Shown: positions 27,255-31,990 of the stretch, piece after piece
Layout: each line of letters starts with the position of its first letter
How positions within the stretch are numbered: position 1 is the stretch's first letter
IMG/VR virus record: IMGVR_UViG_3300011337_000379
Location: 1-31,990 of that record
DNA: 31,990 nucleotides
Direction: 5' to 3' (one strand)
From: a virus
Taxonomy: Duplodnaviria; Caudoviricetes
Position numbers and translations under genes: made by a program
Notes under the pieces: model-generated
The model's database searches: none
Told to the model about the DNA's origin: nothing
What the model saw: the letters and a program-made list of their open reading frames with translations, nothing else

Positions 27255-27896
27255 ATGACAGAGTCTAAAGTATTTGATTTGTTTCCTACTCCTTTGTATG
27301 TGACTACGTACGATAAAAACTTAACAGATATAGTAAAATATTTCGATAGTCAAGAAATGAACGAACCTAATGGAGGTTATGGAACCATATCTAAAAATAG
27401 TTACGTAATAGATAATGAAGTATGTAAACCACTATCAGATTGGATCATGGATCACTTTAGAAAGTTTGCTACTGATGTTATGAGATATGAATATAAAGAG
27501 CTTCAATTTGCACAATCTTGGTTAACTTATAAAAAACCTGGTCAATTTCATAGAGCTCATACGCATCCTAATACTATAATAGCTGGAGTTTTTTACTACG
27601 ACGTACAAGAAGATGATGCAGCTATTTGCTTTAGCAAAGAAGCAAGATCTTACAATAGATCTTATATAGAGCCTTCCTTATTACCAGATTTTCAGAATTA
27701 TCCACACTCTCAAGAAGAGATTTATTTTAAACCAAACCAAGGTAATCTTATAATATTTCCATCATACCTCACTCACGGAGTTCCACCAAATACTACTAAC
27801 AGAGTTAGAAAAGCTTTAGGCGTCAATGCTCTTACAAAAGGAACTTTAGGAGACAAAGAAACGATAAGCGAAATTATTTTTGGAAGATATAAATAA
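27255..27896 (+). CDS. Putative 2OG-Fe(II) oxygenase, TIGR02466-like
   Basis: LFPTPLY, QSW, HTHPN, AGVFYY, FPSYLTHGV, RKALGVN. Confidence 0.85.
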   Translation: MTESKVFDLFPTPLYVTTYDKNLTDIVKYFDSQEMNEPNGGYGTISKNSYVIDNEVCKPLSDWIMDHFRKFATDVMRYEYKELQFAQSWLTYKKPGQFHRAHTHPNTIIAGVFYYDVQEDDAAICFSKEARSYNRSYIEPSLLPDFQNYPHSQEEIYFKPNQGNLIIFPSYLTHGVPPNTTNRVRKALGVNALTKGTLGDKETISEIIFGRYK

Positions 27897-27903
27897 AAAA
27901 GTT

Positions 27904-28563
27904 ATGTTAGATCAAAAAACAATAGAGGTATTGCCTTTATTTCCGAGTCCATTATTTACTGCAACATATACTAAAAATGATCTAGCTAAAACTATAGATT
28001 TTTTAGATCGCTCTGAAATGATGGGAACTATGAGTCAAGATTATGGATATCATTCTAAAGACACATATATACTAGAAGCTAAAGAGTGTGAACCTTTAAA
28101 AAATTTTATAATAGACAGCGTTAATTTTTTTGGAAAAAACATAATGTTATACGATTATGAAGAATATTCGTTATCTCAATCTTGGATATCCATTAAAGAT
28201 CCTGGACAACATCATACGATGCATACGCATCCAAACAGTTTAATATCAGGCGTATTTTATTACGGAGAAGACGATCCAGATATGCCAGCAATATCTTTTC
28301 ACAAACCCGTATTTGCTACTAATGTCTCTTATCTTTCTCCAAAGTATCAAAACGATAGAAGAAAATCAGAGTACGCTTGGGACGTCTTTTCGGTTAACTA
28401 TTCACCAGGGTTGTTATTAATATTTCCGTCTCACGTGTTTCATTCGGTCCCTGTAAATAAAAGCAAAATGCCAAGAAAAAGCATAGCTTTTAACGTAATG
28501 CCAAAAGAAAAAATAGGAGATACTTACAATTTAACAGAGTTACTATTCAAAAAAATAATATAA
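27904..28563 (+). CDS. Putative 2OG-Fe(II) oxygenase, TIGR02466-like
   Basis: LFPSPLF, QSW, HTHPN, SGVFYY, FPSHVFHSV, RKSIAFN. ATG at 27904 preferred to the overlapping TTG at 27880. Confidence 0.85.
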   Translation: MLDQKTIEVLPLFPSPLFTATYTKNDLAKTIDFLDRSEMMGTMSQDYGYHSKDTYILEAKECEPLKNFIIDSVNFFGKNIMLYDYEEYSLSQSWISIKDPGQHHTMHTHPNSLISGVFYYGEDDPDMPAISFHKPVFATNVSYLSPKYQNDRRKSEYAWDVFSVNYSPGLLLIFPSHVFHSVPVNKSKMPRKSIAFNVMPKEKIGDTYNLTELLFKKII

Positions 28564-29510
28564 TGGAAAATAACGTTTACGTACCAAAAATAAAAAACAA
28601 TTTTTTAGCTGGAGAAAGTAAAGAAAAAGCAAATGAAGACAAATATATTATTTGGATAGTAGAAGGCGGATTAGGTAAAAACATAGCAGCGACAGCTCTA
28701 TGTCAAACAATAAAAGAGAAACATCCCGATAGAAAACTAATCTTAGTTGTCTCCTATCCAGAAGTATTCTTAAACAATCCTTACGCAGATAGGGTGTATT
28801 TTTCTGGAAGCAGACCTTATTTTTACGAAGATTATATAAAAGATAAGGATTCAATCATATACAAACACGAACCCTATCATCAAACAGGACACATACTAAG
28901 AAAAAAACATCTCATAGAGAATTGGTCAGAATTGATAGATGTGCAGTATAATAATCAACAACCACAGATCTTTGTTAACATGGCCCAACAAATGACAGTC
29001 CGTCAGTGGATTAGAGATAGGCCAACAATGGTATTACAAACAAACGGAGGTCCGTTAACCGGTCAAAAATATCCTTATTCTTGGTGTAGAGATATTCCTT
29101 TTGAAATAGCTAACGAGATATATAAAAAATACAAAAACGATTATCACATCTTTCAAGTAACTAGACCTGATTGCGAAAAGATAATTGGAGCAGAAGTAGT
29201 GGATCAGCCGATGAATAACATGGAGTTATTTGCGATTCTTATCTCGTCTAGTAAAAGAGTTTTAATAGATTCTTGTTTACAACACGCAGCTGCATCTTTC
29301 AAATTGCCCTCAACAGTTTTGTGGATAGGTACGTGTCCTACTGTATTTGGATACGATCTACACACAAATATCGTAGCAGATAAGCCTAAAATAGCTCCAA
29401 AACAGATTGATGGATTCATATTCGATTACAACTTAGATGGAGTATTGCATGAATGTCCTTACATGGATTATACAGAAATATTCAGTGAAGAAAAAATAAA
29501 AAGCATATAA
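28563..29510 (+). CDS. Glycosyltransferase, GT-B fold, GT9 (heptosyltransferase)-like
   Basis: N-terminal VEGGLGKNI..T....IK..HP, and C-terminal IDSCLQHAAASFKLPSTVLW matching the GT9 DSGxxHxAAA..P...L motif. Confidence 0.75.
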   Translation: MENNVYVPKIKNNFLAGESKEKANEDKYIIWIVEGGLGKNIAATALCQTIKEKHPDRKLILVVSYPEVFLNNPYADRVYFSGSRPYFYEDYIKDKDSIIYKHEPYHQTGHILRKKHLIENWSELIDVQYNNQQPQIFVNMAQQMTVRQWIRDRPTMVLQTNGGPLTGQKYPYSWCRDIPFEIANEIYKKYKNDYHIFQVTRPDCEKIIGAEVVDQPMNNMELFAILISSSKRVLIDSCLQHAAASFKLPSTVLWIGTCPTVFGYDLHTNIVADKPKIAPKQIDGFIFDYNLDGVLHECPYMDYTEIFSEEKIKSI

Positions 29511-29512
29511 TA

Positions 29513-30334
29513 ATGGAACAAACCATATTTTACCAATCTTCTATGCCTAGAGCAGGAAGTACGTTACTACAAAACATAATCGGACAAAATCCTAATTTTT
29601 ATGTCACTCCAACTTCTGGTATGGTAGACTTAGTATTAGGCACAAAAATAGGATATAATGGAAGTCAAGAAGCTAAAGCCGGAGACGCTGAATTGTGGAA
29701 AAAAGGTATGTACTCTTTTTGCAGAGAAGGTTTAAAAGGATACGTTAGCGCTATAACAGACAAACCATACATACTAGACAAAAGTAGAGCTTGGGGAGCT
29801 CAATACTCTCTATTGAATAACATTAATCCAAATCCCAAAATATTAGTACTAGTAAGAGATTTACCGGCTATTTTTGCGTCAATGGAGAAAAAGTTTAGAG
29901 CCAATCCTGATAAAGACGACGGACTAGTAAACAACAAAGACTTAACTGGAATCACTACGCAACAAAGAGTTGAAATATGGGGAATGTCTCACCCAATTGG
30001 ATACGCGCTTTTAAAATTAAACCAGTCTATTTTAGACAAGACAGCAAACAATTTTCTTTTTTTAAGATACGAAGATCTATGCGAAAATCCTAAAGCAGTC
30101 ATAACAAGCGTATATGATTATTTTGGACTTCCTCAGTACGAACACAATTACAATCACATAGAGCAAGTAACAGTAGAAGACGATACTGTACATGGAATAT
30201 ACGGAGATCATACAATTCGTAATAAAATATCAGCGTTACCTGATGATTCAAAAGATATTCTTGGAGAATACACTTGTCACTGGATATACGAAAATTTTAG
30301 ATGGTATTTTGAAACTTTTAAATACAAAAAATAA
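29513..30334 (+). CDS. PAPS-dependent sulfotransferase
   Basis: 5'-PSB loop MPRAGSTLL, 3'-PB motif LVRDL..IFAS, LRYEDL..NP. Confidence 0.88.
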   Translation: MEQTIFYQSSMPRAGSTLLQNIIGQNPNFYVTPTSGMVDLVLGTKIGYNGSQEAKAGDAELWKKGMYSFCREGLKGYVSAITDKPYILDKSRAWGAQYSLLNNINPNPKILVLVRDLPAIFASMEKKFRANPDKDDGLVNNKDLTGITTQQRVEIWGMSHPIGYALLKLNQSILDKTANNFLFLRYEDLCENPKAVITSVYDYFGLPQYEHNYNHIEQVTVEDDTVHGIYGDHTIRNKISALPDDSKDILGEYTCHWIYENFRWYFETFKYKK

Positions 30335-30337
30335 GAT

Positions 30338-30748
30338 ATGGTAACCGTATTGTTTGGACAGCCCCATTCAGGGAAAAGTACTATCGCAAAACAGTTAAAA
30401 GGTCATAATATTGATGGAGACAATTTGAGACAGTTGTTTTCAAACAAAGATTACAGTCGAGAAGGCAGAATAAAAAACTTAAATAGAGCGAGCGATATAG
30501 CGATATACCTAGACTCTCTAGGATACAACGTTATTCTTTCTTTGGTATATCCGTACAAAGAATCTAGAGAGTACTTGAATAGTATGTGTAACGAAGTTAA
30601 GTGGATATATCTCACTTACGATGAAAAAAGAGGCAGAGAATCTTTCCACGTAGAAGATTTTGATTACCCAAGTAAAGAAAATGTATTACATTTGAATACT
30701 AGTAAATTGTCAATAGAAGAATGCGTAAATAAAATAAAAAGTATATGA
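30338..30748 (+). CDS. cysC: Adenylylsulfate (APS) kinase, compact
   Basis: P-loop GQPHSGKST, IDGDNLR, YSREGRIKN, LVYPY..SR, F..P. Confidence 0.82.
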   Translation: MVTVLFGQPHSGKSTIAKQLKGHNIDGDNLRQLFSNKDYSREGRIKNLNRASDIAIYLDSLGYNVILSLVYPYKESREYLNSMCNEVKWIYLTYDEKRGRESFHVEDFDYPSKENVLHLNTSKLSIEECVNKIKSI

Positions 30749-31116
30749 AAAAATATTCGTTATTTATCGGAAGATGGCAAAATTGGCACAAAGGCCACGA
30801 GTGGTTAATCAACCAACAGTTACAGAAAGGAAAGTTAGTCTGGGTCGCTATCAGAGACGTAGAAATAGACGAAAACAATCCTAACAACGCTCAGACTATA
30901 TTAGAAAATCTGAAAAAAGAAAACTTCTTTATAGAAAATAAAGATAGATTGCTTGTTTCGATAATTCCTGACATAGATTCAGTTAATTATGGTCGTGGAG
31001 TTGGATATGACGTAATCTATCATGAGCCTCCAAGCGATATCTCAAATATCAGTGGAACAAAAATAAGAAAAGGTATAATAGACAATGAAGGTAACAATAA
31101 AGAGACACTTGGCTAA
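30745..31116 (+). CDS. HxGH nucleotidyltransferase (cytidylyltransferase-like), putative minimal ATP sulfurylase
   Basis: FIGRWQNWHKGH and ISGTKIR motifs. ATGA-coupled to the APS kinase. Confidence 0.7.
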   Translation: MKKYSLFIGRWQNWHKGHEWLINQQLQKGKLVWVAIRDVEIDENNPNNAQTILENLKKENFFIENKDRLLVSIIPDIDSVNYGRGVGYDVIYHEPPSDISNISGTKIRKGIIDNEGNNKETLG

Positions 31117-31297
31117 AGCCATATCCTATAGGTGTATAGGAACATCACAAACAATGATAATTAGTTACATACTCACAGGCAATATTGTGGTGGCTTCTTC
31201 CGTAGGAATAATAGAGTTATGTATAAAACCGTTAATATATTTTTTACATGAGAGAGTGTGGTATAAGTGGATTAAATTTGGATTGTCTAAAGATTAA
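31085..31297 (+). CDS. DUF2061-like small membrane protein
   Basis: KRHLAKAISYR..GT, a hydrophobic segment, and E...K...YFLHERVW. Confidence 0.75.
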   Translation: MKVTIKRHLAKAISYRCIGTSQTMIISYILTGNIVVASSVGIIELCIKPLIYFLHERVWYKWIKFGLSKD

Positions 31298-31320
31298 TGC
31301 AAATTTATTATTATTTACAG

Positions 31321-31328
31321 ATATTTAT
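31321..31328 (+). promoter_or_regulatory. Putative late-promoter motif ATATTTAT
   Basis: Intergenic copy after the enzyme cluster. Overlaps a TATAAATA at 31326-31333. Confidence 0.55.
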
Positions 31329-31345
31329 AAATAAAAAAACAATTT

Positions 31346-31627
31346 ATGACATTATTAATTTTAGCCGTAGCTATTGTAGTAATAGCAGCAGTAGTTTACA
31401 AGTTACAAAAATCAAAAGTAAAAGTTGCAGATTTAGTAGAATTCACAAAAGATCTCAAACTAGACAAGCTCGAGTCAGTAATCGAAAAAGTAAAACTTGA
31501 GGAAGTAGTAGAAAAGGTAAAGGAAGAAGCTCCAAAAAAAGTTATCGAGTTGAAATCAAAGACTGCAAAAAAAGCTGCACCAAAGACTGAAACTAAAGAA
31601 GTAAAATCCAAAAAAGCAAAAAAATAA
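31346..31627 (+). CDS. Hypothetical membrane-anchored Lys-rich protein
   Basis: N-terminal hydrophobic helix LLILAVAIVVIAAVV followed by a K/E-rich tail. Confidence 0.65.
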   Translation: MTLLILAVAIVVIAAVVYKLQKSKVKVADLVEFTKDLKLDKLESVIEKVKLEEVVEKVKEEAPKKVIELKSKTAKKAAPKTETKEVKSKKAKK

Positions 31628-31630
31628 GTC

Positions 31631-31876
31631 ATGAATAAAGTTACGGAAAACGAATTACAAAGAATAGCTTTCATTAAAAAGGAAGCGCTAGATATAGCCT
31701 CAGCTCTGGGTGAATTACAGTACCAAAAAGAGATTCTCGAGCTTCAAATGCAAAGTCAAAGAGAAAAAATAAAAGACGTCAGAAGTCAAGAAGACAAGCT
31801 TTTTGTTGAGCTAAGAGATAATTACGGAAACATCTCTATCAATATAGAAACCGGAGAATATACCGTAGTTGAATAA
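31631..31876 (+). CDS. Hypothetical coiled-coil protein
   Basis: 81 aa, helical, ending YGNISINIETGEY. Precedes the sheath gene. Confidence 0.65.
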   Translation: MNKVTENELQRIAFIKKEALDIASALGELQYQKEILELQMQSQREKIKDVRSQEDKLFVELRDNYGNISINIETGEYTVVE

Positions 31877-31899
31877 TATTAATTTTGATAAAAGTTTCG

Positions 31900-31907
31900 A
31901 TATTTAT
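31900..31907 (+). promoter_or_regulatory. Putative late-promoter motif ATATTTAT
   Basis: Intergenic copy upstream of the tail sheath start. Confidence 0.55.
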
Positions 31908-31928
31908 TGCTAGATAAAAACATTATAA

Positions 31929-31990
31929 ATGGCTGAAACTCTCATATCTCCAGGTGTCTTCGTATCGGAGAACGACTTATCACAAATAAC
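31929..31990 (+). CDS. Tail sheath protein, N-terminal fragment (truncated by the window)
   Basis: Translates MAETLISPGVFVSENDLSQI, matching the SPGV...E.D.S N-terminal signature of T4 gp18-type sheath proteins. Confidence 0.8.
   Translation, partial: MAETLISPGVFVSENDLSQI

Noticed and set aside
119-30887. All minus-strand ORFs in the track
   Set aside because: They are short antisense shadows of strong + strand genes with low-complexity translations (e.g. Ser-rich 207..686 opposite the Glu-rich scaffold) and no recognisable motifs.
29513-31297. Assimilatory sulfate reduction auxiliary pathway
   Set aside because: No cysH, sulfite reductase or cysteine synthase in the window. The adjacent sulfotransferase is the more direct PAPS consumer.
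31297-31674. ORFs 31297..31500 (+) and 31396..31674 (-)
   Set aside because: They overlap the more plausible 31346..31627 gene and its upstream motif, and have no protein features.
1-31990. Alternative genetic code (stop-codon reassignment), tRNA genes
   Set aside because: Genes are full length and densely packed under the standard code, with TAA, TGA and TAG all used as stops. No cloverleaf or T-loop motif was seen in the short intergenic gaps.

Overview
This window is part of the structural (late) region of a large AT-rich T4-like myophage, with all credible genes on the + strand. A Bacteroidota host is inferred from A-rich starts lacking Shine-Dalgarno sites and from TAnnTTTG promoter elements. 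The head and neck block comes first: acidic scaffold, gp23-type major capsid protein with a UUCG terminator, PhoH, and gp13/gp14/gp15-like genes. A ~17 kb accessory fibre block follows, with a 1732-aa Ser/Thr/Gly-rich fibre, short stalk proteins ending in DGGx(F/Y), five ConA/GH54-like lectin paralogues, and a 1479-aa fibre carrying four 6-bladed Kelch propellers. Four of the paralogues share a ~24-bp 3'-end repeat, which also occurs as an orphan copy. Next is a tightly packed enzyme cluster: five 2OG-Fe(II) oxygenases, a GT9-like glycosyltransferase, a sulfotransferase, an APS kinase, a minimal HxGH nucleotidyltransferase and a DUF2061-like protein. The window ends in the start of the tail sheath gene. 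The best candidates for a new system are (1) a self-contained hydroxylation, glycosylation and sulfation pathway with its own PAPS supply that may decorate virion fibres, and (2) an exchangeable lectin-cassette array marked by the 24-bp repeat and preceded by a GC-rich hairpin. Family assignments come from motif recognition by eye, not database searches.
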